Shown: positions 1 through 8,984 of the stretch, in pieces | Numbering within the stretch: the first letter of the stretch is position 1 | How the letters are laid out: each line of letters starts with the position of its first letter | Assembly (NCBI GenBank): GCA_963737265.1 | Contig: CAVTRY010000006.1 | Location: 64,001 to 128,000, forward strand | Reading direction: 5' to 3' | Source: an uncultured delta proteobacterium | GTDB taxonomy: Bacteria; Myxococcota_A; Polyangia; Fen-1088 | Length of the DNA stretch: 64,000 bases | The notes under the pieces: model-generated | The model's database searches: none | What the model saw: the letters and a program-made list of their open reading frames with translations, nothing else | Told to the model about the DNA's origin: nothing | Program-made: the position numbers and the translations under genes

Positions 1-1383
1 GCGGCGCATCGGCCAGCGGCGGAAACGCGGGTGGCGGCTTATCGGCCAGCGGCGGCGCGGGCGCGACTGCGGCTACGGGGGGCGCGGGCGCTGCTGGCAC
101 GATGATTGGCGCCGGAGGAAAAGGTGGAGCGGGCGGAACCAGCTTGACCCCCGACGCGGCCGCCGACAGCGCTCCCGACGTGGCTCCGCCTTCACGTGGC
201 CCAACCCCAGCCCAGACGGGCCATTCTCACCCCTTCCCGCAGAACCGTGAAAACCAGCCGCTGCATCTATCCCACGGCCTATCGCAACGAGGCCGTGCAG
301 GCTGCCTACAACCAATGGAAGAACGACACGGTGACTTCGAGTGGCGCCGACGGCTTCCGCAGGGTGCAGCGACCTTCCGACCCCGGCCTCAATCCGAACT
401 CGACGGTGTCCGAAGGCATCGGCTACGGGATGCTCATCGCCGTGTACATGGACGACCAGTCGCTCTTCGACGACCTTTGGCAGTACGAACAGAAGAACCT
501 GGATGGCGCCACGGGCCTCATGAACTGGTACATCAAGGCGGATGGCTCGGGGCCCGACAATAACGGCAGCGGCCCGGCAACCGATGCCGACGAAGACATG
601 GCGTTCGCGCTGGTCATGGCCGACAAGCAATGGGGCGGGCAAGGCAAGATCGGAAAGAACTACAAGGACGTCGCGCTCGACCAGATCGTCAAGGTGTGGA
701 ACAACGAGGTCTTCAATTACAATTACTTGAAGCCGTGGCCCAACGCCGACTCGTCGACCATCAACCCTTCGTACTTCGCGCCGGCCTATTACAAGATATT
801 TGCCAAGATCGACACCACCGAGCCCAGCCGCAACTGGACGGCCATGACCGACACCATGTACACGGTGCTTGGTGCCTCTCTCAATTCCAGCAATGGTAAT
901 ACGAGCAACGGCCTCGTTCCCGCCTGGTGCGACAGCAACGGCAAGCCCAACGGCGGCGCGTTCGGGCCCACCGGCGGTCAGTCGCCGACCAACTACCAAT
1001 ACGACTCGTGCCGCACCCCTTTCCGCATCGGCCTCGACTATTGCTGGAACGGCGAGGCGCGCGCGCAGGCTTACGTTGCCAAGACGAGTAGTTTCTTCAG
1101 CGGCATTACGGTTGCGAAGATGGTCGACGGCTACGACCTCAACGGCAACCCGCATGCGCAGTTTCAAACCGGAGGGAACGCGCTCATGCAATCGTCGGCT
1201 TTCATCGGGCCCGCTGGCGTGGGCGCCATGAGCAGCGCCAGCTACCAGGGCTTCGTCAACGACGCGTACGCCGTGCTCGCCACCGGCAAGGCGCTCGTGG
1301 GCGGCACCTACTACGACGACTCGTGGATGGTCCTGTCGCTGTTGATGATGAGCGCCAACTTCCTCGACTACACCACGAACTGA
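1..1383 (+). CDS. Glycoside hydrolase family 8 (endoglucanase/chitosanase-like), 5'-partial, with an apparent +1 frameshift near 254
   Basis: Motifs TVSEGIGYGML, ATDADEDMAFAL, INPSYFAP and YQYDSCRTPFRIG. The Gly-rich linker and PFPQNRE lie in the 102..563 frame and switch to SRCIYPT in the 196..1383 frame at about 254. The gene starts upstream of the window. Confidence 0.85.
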
Positions 1384-1393
1384 GGGCCGGGCG

Positions 1394-2725
1394 TCACGGC
1401 GGTCGCCAAGTCGCGAACCAGAGCCGGTGGTGGGCAGCCGCCGTCGAGAGAGCGAGCTCGCCCCAAACCGGCGCGTAGTACAGCGAAACAACCAGCGCCA
1501 AGGCGATGTAGCCAGCAACCCACTTGGGATACTTGCGTTCCAAATTCGAAGCGAGGCCCGCCAGCATGACCAGCAGAAACGCGTAACAGGGAAGGTAGTA
1601 ATGGCTGAAGGTATAGTTGCCGCGCGTGCCGCGCGTCGCAAGCCAGGGCGCCATGAACGCAAACCACCCAACCAACATCAAGAGGACACCCTGGGTCGTG
1701 GGCGCATCGAGGAGTGTGGACCAATAGCGCTTGAATCTCGACCGGACGACAATCACCGCAGTCGCGATGGGGAAGGCAACGACGAGAAAAGTCGTCGTGA
1801 ACCACATCAACAAGTTTCCCATGCTGGACGAATAGCGGGATGTCAGTCCGCTGGTTGACTGCTTCACGACGACTGGGTGCATGAGAATCGGCCAGCCATA
1901 CCAGGGCGACGTCAGTTCGTTCTTGTAGTGGCCGATGTCCAAGTGATGCCTGTAGAGATTGATAATTACCTTCCATGTCGACACGGGATCGCTCGGCTTA
2001 CCAGTCAGGCGCAAAGCCCCCATCCAGATGAGCGTGTGCACGATGGGAATGACCGCCAGCCACAGCACCGAAAAGCTGGAAACCCGACGCATCATGAGGA
2101 TTGCGACGGCGGCGGGAATAGCGGTCATGGCGCCACTCCATTTCACCGAGGCGGAAAATCCAATCAATACGCCAGCGACAATCACCCCGCGCCAGGTGCG
2201 CGCGGTAAGCGCCGCCACCATTCCCCACAGCATGAACGAGATCATGATTCCGTCGAGCAGCCCCGAGCGCGAATAGGAGATGAAGAAGCCGTCCGCGGCC
2301 ACGAACGCAGCCGCCATCCAGCCTGCGCGCTTGTCCTTGAACAAGGCGCGACCCATCCAATAGGCCAAACACACCGATTGCAAACCAAATAGCAGGGGAA
2401 CGAACCGCCAGCCCAGCGAGTTATATCCGAAGAGCAACATGCCCACGGCGATCAGCAACTTGCCGAGCGGCGCGTGGTCGTTGCCGTCAGGAAGCCCCAC
2501 GGCGTAATTGTGGGCATTGCGAACAAAAGGCTCTTCGTCGAAGGTGAACCAATTGGGCCACGCCACGCCTTGAATTCGAATCACCGCCCCGCCCACAATC
2601 ATCACGGCAATAAAAGCAGTAGTCCACCGTTGCGGCGCGGGCATCGCCGCCCAATCCTGGCGCAACCGCGCGCCCCAAGTGCGCAGATTCTCGGCAACGC
2701 GGTTCTTGGCGGATGCAATGCTCAT
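1394..2725 (-). CDS. Protein O-mannosyltransferase-like GT-C glycosyltransferase (PMT/GT39-like), copy 1
   Basis: FTFDEEPF loop with DE motif, HAPLGKLLIAVG, GWRF, SVKWSG, SPWYGWP and HYYLP; many TM helices. ATG at 2725 overlaps the stop of the upstream gene (ATGA). Confidence 0.85.
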   Translation of the reverse strand: MSIASAKNRVAENLRTWGARLRQDWAAMPAPQRWTTAFIAVMIVGGAVIRIQGVAWPNWFTFDEEPFVRNAHNYAVGLPDGNDHAPLGKLLIAVGMLLFGYNSLGWRFVPLLFGLQSVCLAYWMGRALFKDKRAGWMAAAFVAADGFFISYSRSGLLDGIMISFMLWGMVAALTARTWRGVIVAGVLIGFSASVKWSGAMTAIPAAVAILMMRRVSSFSVLWLAVIPIVHTLIWMGALRLTGKPSDPVSTWKVIINLYRHHLDIGHYKNELTSPWYGWPILMHPVVVKQSTSGLTSRYSSSMGNLLMWFTTTFLVVAFPIATAVIVVRSRFKRYWSTLLDAPTTQGVLLMLVGWFAFMAPWLATRGTRGNYTFSHYYLPCYAFLLVMLAGLASNLERKYPKWVAGYIALALVVSLYYAPVWGELALSTAAAHHRLWFATWRPP

Positions 2726-3417
2726 TGCGGAATCACGCAATCGGAAAGAGTGCCGATGGTCGCGCTCTGGGCGACGGGATTGAAACTGCCCGTGGCCGCC
2801 CAGCGCAGCGCAACCGATTTGGCGACGCCCACCACGCGATAGTTGCAAACCACCGTGAACCGCTCGACGGGCAAGGTCCCCTGTAGGGCCGGCGAAACCC
2901 AAAGGCCAGCTCCGAGGAAGAGCTCATTCTTGATTGTATTGTAGGGTTGCAGCGTATGGGCGTCGATTTCAGCGCTTGCGCCAAACGGCTGGCCGTTCGC
3001 GCGGTAGCCACAATGGGTGTCGCCGAAAATCTTGTCGGATGCACAAGCCAAGTTCTTCTTGTCTTCGCCGACGAGTGTGATTTCCACCATCTTCGTTCCA
3101 CCCAAGTGCCATCCCTCGGTGATCTGGGAGTACTTCTCCTTGTAGCCGCTCCACGCGAACAGCAGCCACAGCGCCACGCCCATAGCAAGGAAGCCAAAAG
3201 CCGTGTGGAGGAGAATGCTGTGCGGCAAAGCGTCTTCAGCGGCGGACGCGAGGCACTTCGCCGGGATTGCTTCGCTCGCCGGAGCTTGGGCACGCGCGGG
3301 CGAATGGGATTCGCTGTCACGTTGGTCAACTTGGGCGGGCCCGGAAGGATCGACAAGCGGATCGGCTTGCGGCGTGGCTTGCGACGCGGGCGCAAGGTCG
3401 TCGGGCGAAGAACTCAT
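2722..3417 (-). CDS. Hypothetical single-TM protein with a 4-Cys C-terminal domain, copy 1
   Basis: 231-aa ORF with a low-complexity N-terminus and one TM helix. The domain ends SDCVIPQ and is paralogous to 4801..5466. Confidence 0.8.
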   Translation of the reverse strand: MSSSPDDLAPASQATPQADPLVDPSGPAQVDQRDSESHSPARAQAPASEAIPAKCLASAAEDALPHSILLHTAFGFLAMGVALWLLFAWSGYKEKYSQITEGWHLGGTKMVEITLVGEDKKNLACASDKIFGDTHCGYRANGQPFGASAEIDAHTLQPYNTIKNELFLGAGLWVSPALQGTLPVERFTVVCNYRVVGVAKSVALRWAATGSFNPVAQSATIGTLSDCVIPQ

Positions 3418-3478
3418 GCTAACGGACTATTCTATCTAGAGTTTCCCGTCAAATCGTACCTATGTCCGGCTCCCCATC

Positions 3479-4804
3479 CTACGGCCGCCAAGGAAGAAAG
3501 ATCAGGCGACGATTGGCCTCTTCTGTGGTCAGAGGAAATTCGGCCCACACCGGCGCGAAATAGATTGCCATCAACAGGGCCAGACTGACGAACGCCAGCA
3601 CCGCGCGGGGCCAGCGCTGCTCTAGCTTGGCGGTAACCCCGGCCAACAGCACGATGGCGAAACCATAGGATGGCTGGTAGTGGTAGAAGAATGAGTGCTT
3701 TCCCATGGAGACGGCAAACAAGATGAGCAGGGCCGCCCAACCCGCGGCGAGTACCAGCACTGCCTCGGTGAACCGAGGGTCGAAATAGGATGCCCAATAG
3801 CGGCGCAGGCGCGGCCGCAAGGCCGCGAGGCCGCGGGTCAGGGGCAGCCCCATCACAAGCAGACTGGCGGGGAACCAGAACACTGGATTGCCAGCGCTGG
3901 AGGCATAGCGCAAGCTGGTTCCGTAGGATGACAGCTTGACCACGATGGGATGATAGAGAGCCGGCCAAGAATACCAGGGCGACGCCAAAGGATTGTCGTA
4001 CCGCCCGGTGGCGTGGAGGCTGATGAACGCTGTAACGATGACCTGCCATAACGCGGATGGATTACTGCTGTGGCCCATTACACGCAGTCCCACCATCCAA
4101 ATGAGAAAATGCGCAATGGGTGACAGCCCGAACAAGAAGATCGTTTGCCAGGGTACGCGGCGGAAGAGCAGCACGGCCAGGATGGCAGGCGCCAGGGTCT
4201 GCGCGGCACTCCATTTGATCGACGTGGCGGCCCCAATGATGACCGCGGCAACGGCCACGCCACGCCACGTGCGCGCGGTCACAACGGCCAGAACACTCCA
4301 TAAGATGAAGCAGGTGAGCATGCCATCGATCAGGGCCGTGCGCGAATAGGCGAGAAAGAAGCCATCCGCAGCGACAAAGCTCGCCGCAATCCAGCCCGCC
4401 CGCCGACTGGCGAAGATCTCGCGTGCAAGCCAGAAGGCGATGATCATCGTTTGCAAGCCGAAACACAAATACATGAACCGCCATCCCACCGGGTTGTAGC
4501 CAAACAGGAGCAACCCAATTGCGCCTAGCAGCTTGCCGAGCGGCGGATGGAAGTCGTGCATATCGGGAATGCCGAGCAAGAAGTGGTGCGACGTTGGCCC
4601 GTAGAACTGCTCGTCGAAGGTGTTGCGAGGCGGGAAGCCAATCCCTTGAATACGCAGGATCACGCCGCCCACGATCATCAAGGCAAGCAGCAGCGTGGTG
4701 ACACGTTGGGGGCGCCCAATGGATCCCCACCGCTCCAAGGCGTCTTGCCAGGCCGCGCGAACGGTGCGCACCAGGCCGCGAACCATCGTCGCTGGCATCA
4801 TCAT
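3479..4804 (-). CDS. Protein O-mannosyltransferase-like GT-C glycosyltransferase (PMT/GT39-like), copy 2
   Basis: NTFDEQFY, HPPLGKLL, GWRF, SIKWS, SPWYSWP and YHYQP. ATG at 4804 overlaps the upstream stop (ATGA). Confidence 0.85.
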   Translation of the reverse strand: MMMPATMVRGLVRTVRAAWQDALERWGSIGRPQRVTTLLLALMIVGGVILRIQGIGFPPRNTFDEQFYGPTSHHFLLGIPDMHDFHPPLGKLLGAIGLLLFGYNPVGWRFMYLCFGLQTMIIAFWLAREIFASRRAGWIAASFVAADGFFLAYSRTALIDGMLTCFILWSVLAVVTARTWRGVAVAAVIIGAATSIKWSAAQTLAPAILAVLLFRRVPWQTIFLFGLSPIAHFLIWMVGLRVMGHSSNPSALWQVIVTAFISLHATGRYDNPLASPWYSWPALYHPIVVKLSSYGTSLRYASSAGNPVFWFPASLLVMGLPLTRGLAALRPRLRRYWASYFDPRFTEAVLVLAAGWAALLILFAVSMGKHSFFYHYQPSYGFAIVLLAGVTAKLEQRWPRAVLAFVSLALLMAIYFAPVWAEFPLTTEEANRRLIFLPWRP

Positions 4805-5466
4805 TGCGGAATCACACAGTCCGAGAGCAGTCCCACGGGCACAGCGCTTTTTGCCGGGCCGAATGCACCTCCTACCGCCCAGCGCAGCGACACCGACTTC
4901 ATCGTGCTGACCATGTGATAATTGCACGTCACTGTGAAGCGGTCTTTGGGGAGCGCGCTGGACAGGCCAGGTGAGCTCCAGAGGCCCGCGCCAAGAAAGA
5001 GCACCTGATCCGCGGTGTTGTAAGGACGCAGTCGCGCCGAGTCGGGGGTGCCGTTCGGCTCGAAGGGCTGCTGATTGGACCGATACGCGCAGTGCAGACC
5101 TCCCAGCACCAGGTCAGAGGCACAGTCAAGGCTCTGAATATCTTCGCGAACCAAGGTGATCTCGATGGATCGCGTGCCCCCGGCGTACCACCCATCGGCG
5201 AGAGGCGCGTAACGCTTGCCGTAGTTCGTCCATGCGAAAATTAGCCAGACACCAAAGCTGACAATGAACAGGCTGAGCAGTGTGTAACAAAGCACGTTGA
5301 ATTCGCCGGTTACCTTGGATGGCGGAAGAACGTCAGGTTGTGCGACCGGGCGTTCTTCAAGAAGCGATGCGGTCGTCGCCGCTGGCCCGGGCAACGAGCT
5401 CTCGACTTGCGGTTCGCCACTCGTTGCGACATCGAGCGAAGTCTCGGGAACGGGCGGTGAGGCCAT
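4801..5466 (-). CDS. Hypothetical single-TM protein with a 4-Cys C-terminal domain, copy 2
   Basis: Likely start MASPP at 5466. Shares GWxxGGT, EITLV, CASD, HCxY, PYNT, LFLGAGLW, RFTVxCNY, LRWA and SDCVIPQ with copy 1. Confidence 0.8.
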   Translation of the reverse strand: MASPPVPETSLDVATSGEPQVESSLPGPAATTASLLEERPVAQPDVLPPSKVTGEFNVLCYTLLSLFIVSFGVWLIFAWTNYGKRYAPLADGWYAGGTRSIEITLVREDIQSLDCASDLVLGGLHCAYRSNQQPFEPNGTPDSARLRPYNTADQVLFLGAGLWSSPGLSSALPKDRFTVTCNYHMVSTMKSVSLRWAVGGAFGPAKSAVPVGLLSDCVIPQ

Positions 5467-5522
5467 GAGAACATAATTAGTGGAACCCACTCCTGCCGTC
5501 AACCAACGAGCGTCCGCCGCGA

Positions 5523-5689
5523 GGCGCAGAAGGTCGTGGCCGTGGTCGGAGTAATCATCTTCGTCGGCCACGGCCACGGCCACGACGACGTTTACGACTA
5601 CCATTCATCGCGCCAACTGGGTGGTGCGTCCATCCTGGAAAGGCGCCTTTTTCTGCCGCCTTTCGCGACGTCGCTGCGCTTGTCGCGGG
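5523..5689. repeat. Dispersed ~170-bp intergenic repeat, copy A
   Basis: Aligns over its whole length to the reverse complement of 40969..41137, with scattered substitutions and small indels; contains hairpins. Confidence 0.9.
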
Positions 5690-5749
5690 TTTACGGGTCC
5701 GCGTCGCCGTGATCCTCGTCACAACGATTGCTCGTGCTACTCTCGGCGC

Positions 5750-6616
5750 ATGCGATTCAGCCCGACAGTCGATGCGCTCGCGGTGAGCCTCGTGGTAGGG
5801 CTCGTCGGCGCTGAGTGTGCAACCACGTGTTCGACGGCCCGGATGTCGGGACCGGCCGAATGGATTCGCGGAAACATGGTCGAGATACCTGGGGGCTCGT
5901 TCGCCATGGGGTGTGACGATGCCACCGCCAGTGACAACCAAAAGCCGGTTCGCGCGGTTACCGTGGCGAGTTTTCGTCTTGACAGGACTGAAGTCACGGT
6001 CGAAGCCTATGGCGATTGCGTTCGCGCAGGCCGGTGCAGCGAGCCCGAGACATACCGCAATGAGCGCGGCAATTATCGAAGCTTCTGCAATTGGCGCCAT
6101 CCGCAGGGGCGAGCAACACATCCCGCGAATTGCGTGGATTTTCAACAGGCGGCCGGGTTTTGCGCGTGGGCCGGCAAGCGCTTGCCCAGCGAGGAGGAAT
6201 GGGAGTACGCCGCGCGCGGCGGTGCAGAGGGCAGGAAGTATCCCTGGGGTAACGACGAGCCCAACGAAACACGACTCAATGCCTGCGGCGGCGAATGTCC
6301 ACGGAATCTCACCGCGAAGGGTTTTCCGTCCGCGTCCCCCTTGTATCCAGCGAGCGATGGCTGGCCGGAAACGGCGCCGGTGGGCAGTTTTCCCGCGGGT
6401 GCTTCCAAGGACGGCGTGCTCGACCTGGCTGGCAATGTCTGGGAATGGACCGGCTCGCTGTTCGCGACCTACGACGGCAGCCGCACGGAAAACAAGCGCG
6501 TCCTGCGCGGCGGAAGCTGGGGTGGCGGTGATGCGCGCACCGAACGCACAACCAATCGCTTCAGACTCGATGCAACGACCCGCGCGCAGTTTCTCGGCTT
6601 CCGCTGCGCCAACTAA
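5750..6616 (+). CDS. Formylglycine-generating enzyme (SUMF1/FGE-sulfatase) domain protein
   Basis: IPGGSFAMG, DRTEVT, RLPSEEEWEYAARG, YPWG, DLAGNVWEW, RVLRGGSW and GFRC. Confidence 0.9.
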   Translation: MRFSPTVDALAVSLVVGLVGAECATTCSTARMSGPAEWIRGNMVEIPGGSFAMGCDDATASDNQKPVRAVTVASFRLDRTEVTVEAYGDCVRAGRCSEPETYRNERGNYRSFCNWRHPQGRATHPANCVDFQQAAGFCAWAGKRLPSEEEWEYAARGGAEGRKYPWGNDEPNETRLNACGGECPRNLTAKGFPSASPLYPASDGWPETAPVGSFPAGASKDGVLDLAGNVWEWTGSLFATYDGSRTENKRVLRGGSWGGGDARTERTTNRFRLDATTRAQFLGFRCAN

Positions 6617-7425
6617 GCCTAATCGACTTTCACTTGCGCGAGCCCGTGTGCCTCGGCAAACGGCGCCGCGACGAACACCGCCGCGAGCGCGTCGAGGTGG
6701 ACGCAGCGCCAGCGCGGGTCGTGCGCGAGAACATCGATGGCACGGCCGAGAATTCCCCGCTCGATAAGTAGCGCGGGGATGTCGTCGGACCGCGCATAGT
6801 CGATGCCCAGCGGAATTCCCCAATCGGCCTCGCCACGCCACAGCTTGCGGATCCCGGCGACATAGCGCTCGAAGGTCTCTTGCGAATTGACTTCGAGTCG
6901 TGGATCCATGAACAGCTTGTGCTCGGGCGCCGCATGCGCGATGCACACGCCAGCTTGCCCCAGATTGAAGGCCGCAATCCGCTCGGGCATGTCTGGCCTG
7001 GCCAGGAGATCACAGGCTTCGTGCGCGTACCATTGCCGGCGCTCGCCGAAACCCACCGTCCTGCCCTCGCCGGCCCACGAATACAGGGTGCCGGAAAGAG
7101 CGGCGAGGCCGACCAGGGCGATCGCGACGAGAAGTCCAAGGTGCGCCGCGGGTCGCAGCTTCGCCGTATCGCGCGGGCGGCGCGTTCGGTGTGTGCGCCT
7201 GAATTTGACCGGCGCGGCGGATACGGCGCGGGTGGCTTCGATGGCGTCATCGAAGGTCCGCGCGATCACAATGGCCGCGACCAGGGCGAAAAGAGCACTG
7301 TTTCGCGTGGCCTGCCACCCAAGATAGAACGATGCCGAAAAAAGCAGCAGGCGATATAGGCTGAAGCGACCACGCCGCACAAGCCAGGCGAAGCTGACCA
7401 TCCCGAGCGCCAGCACCACCAGAAA

Positions 7426-8004
7426 GGGTGCCTCCCTGAAACGGGGGCCCCAGCCGGGGGCTCGGTGAGGTAGCAACTTCTGGCGGAGTGCCGCCGAAAA
7501 CGCAGATCTGGAACAGCGAGGAACGGAGAAACAGAGACAGGATGACTTTACTGGGCAAATTATCGCCGCCTGCATCGAAGTCCACCGTCACCTCGGTCCC
7601 GGGCTGCTTGAGTCGGCCTACGAGCACTGCCTGGCGCGCGAGCTAGGCCTGCGTGGATTTCGCACGCAACGTCAGGTCGCGATTCCTCTGCAGTACAAAG
7701 GCATTGACCTCGACTGCGGCTATCGCCTCGACCTCATGGTGGAAGGCCGTTTGGTCGTCGAAGTCAAGGCGGTAGAGCAGTTGCTTCCTGTCCACTTGGC
7801 ACAGGTCATTACCTATCTCAAGCTCCTACGACTGCCGGTGGGCCTGCTCGTCAATTTCCACGTCCCCGTACTTCGCGAGGGTCTCCGCCACCTCGTCAAC
7901 CCAACCCGTGATCCCTCTGGTCCTCCGTTCCTCCCTGTTTTTCCCTCCGATCCCACCTGCGCGGGGCGAGGTGAAGCCCCAGCCCCCATTTCAGGGAAGC
8001 ACCC
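7426..8004. mobile_element. Non-autonomous TIR element (MITE-like, 579 bp) carrying a GxxExxY gene
   Basis: Left TIR gggtgcctccctgaaacgggggc (7426-7448) matches the reverse complement of the right TIR 7982-8004, gggtgcttccctgaaatgggggc, at 21/23. It is flanked by the exact direct repeat caccagaaa at 7417-7425 and 8005-8013. No transposase ORF. Confidence 0.9.
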
Positions 8005-8026
8005 CACCAGAAATGCGAGCAGGTAG
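7508..8026 (+). CDS. GxxExxY protein (PD-(D/E)XK nuclease superfamily)
   Basis: The frame upstream of the listed 7736 ORF reads DDFTGQIIAACIEVHRHLGPGLLESAYEHCL...GYRLDLMVEGRLVVEVKA...GLLVNF. There is no in-frame ATG/GTG/TTG between the TGA at 7466 and position 7736; CTG at 7508 is a candidate start. The stop lies outside the element. Confidence 0.85.
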   Translation: MEQRGTEKQRQDDFTGQIIAACIEVHRHLGPGLLESAYEHCLARELGLRGFRTQRQVAIPLQYKGIDLDCGYRLDLMVEGRLVVEVKAVEQLLPVHLAQVITYLKLLRLPVGLLVNFHVPVLREGLRHLVNPTRDPSGPPFLPVFPSDPTCAGRGEAPAPISGKHPTRNASR

Positions 8027-8333
8027 GGATTGTTCACCCCGGCGATCGCGATGAAATCGCCGATACTTTTTAGCTCGCCGATTGAGCAACTGCGCGGCGT
8101 ACGCGGCGAGGACGAGCGGACCAGACCGGTTCGGAACGGGATCCGGCGTGCCGGGGCTGGGATCACGTGGACCTCCGGGTTGAGCCGTCGTCGTGAAACC
8201 GGGTGATGACCGAAATCAGCATGGGGCGCTCGCCGCGCGCATCATCCCACGCCGGGTGGCCCGGCCAAGAACTTTGAAGCCGCGTTTTGTGAGGGCGGGT
8301 AGGGTGTCGGCAATTCTCTTTGCAGGGCCGCCT

Positions 8334-8349
8334 GGCCACGCCGGTGCGA
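8334..8349 (+). promoter_or_regulatory. Possible sigma54 -24/-12 promoter upstream of the YfiR-like gene
   Basis: tggccacgccggtgc has GG-N10-GC spacing, but the -12 box is imperfect. Confidence 0.25.
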
Positions 8350-8381
8350 TACAATGAGGGACATGGAGGACACGAGCTCGA

Positions 8382-8984
8382 GTGGATAGGACCTGTTCCC
8401 GCCGCGAACGCCAGCATTGGTGTCCTTCCGTGGTGTTTATTATCCTCTTCTTTCTGGTCCGGACGGCCAATGCCAGCGACGAGGAGAAGATGCCAGCGCC
8501 ACGCTTGGCGACGTTTTTCGGGCGACTCCTTGCCTACGATACCAACCTCAAGGACCGGGCGAAGGGACGCATCGACATCGCTGTCCTCTATCGGCGCGGG
8601 GGCACATCGCCGGAGGATCTCGCCGCGATGACGAACGCTCTCCAGACCCTCGAGCTGACGAGGATCTTGGACCTTCCGGTCAAGACCTACAGCGTCGCCG
8701 TCACCAACCTGGCGGAGTTGGAAAAGGCGGTCGAGCTGCACGGCATCGATGCGTTCATCGTCAGCCCCGGCCTCGAAGGGCAAACCGCGCTCATCACCCA
8801 AGTGAGTGAAAGAAGGAAGGTCATCGCCCTTGGCTTGGCCAGCGCTCAGGCGCGTGCAGGCTTCGCCGTCGCGGTCTATCTTGAAAACAAGAAGAGCAAA
8901 ATCCTGGTGAACCTGAGCGCGAGCAAGCTCAAGGGCGCCGCGTTCAGCAGCGACCTGCTACGGCTCTCGGAGGTCATCCCGTGA
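8382..8984 (+). CDS. YfiR/DUF4154-like periplasmic protein
   Basis: Signal-like N-terminus; RLLAYD and the C-terminal KILVNLSASKLKGAAFSSDLLRLSEVI are typical of this family. Confidence 0.7.
   Translation: MDRTCSRRERQHWCPSVVFIILFFLVRTANASDEEKMPAPRLATFFGRLLAYDTNLKDRAKGRIDIAVLYRRGGTSPEDLAAMTNALQTLELTRILDLPVKTYSVAVTNLAELEKAVELHGIDAFIVSPGLEGQTALITQVSERRKVIALGLASAQARAGFAVAVYLENKKSKILVNLSASKLKGAAFSSDLLRLSEVIP

Larger units (their letters stand above)
6619..8090 (-). pseudogene. Multi-TM membrane protein (possibly GT-C-like), apparently 5'-truncated and interrupted by the 7426-8004 insertion
   Basis: Removing the element and one copy of the 9-bp duplication rejoins IGELKSIGDFIAIAGVNNPYLLAFLV to VLALGMVSFAWLV...ATRNSALF...FMDPRLEV in frame. 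Confidence 0.75.

Noticed and set aside
73-1671. Long antisense ORFs here and at 32765-34711, 48443-50569 and 58902-60194
   Set aside because: These are shadow ORFs opposite well-supported genes, as expected in high-GC DNA, and have no recognisable motifs.
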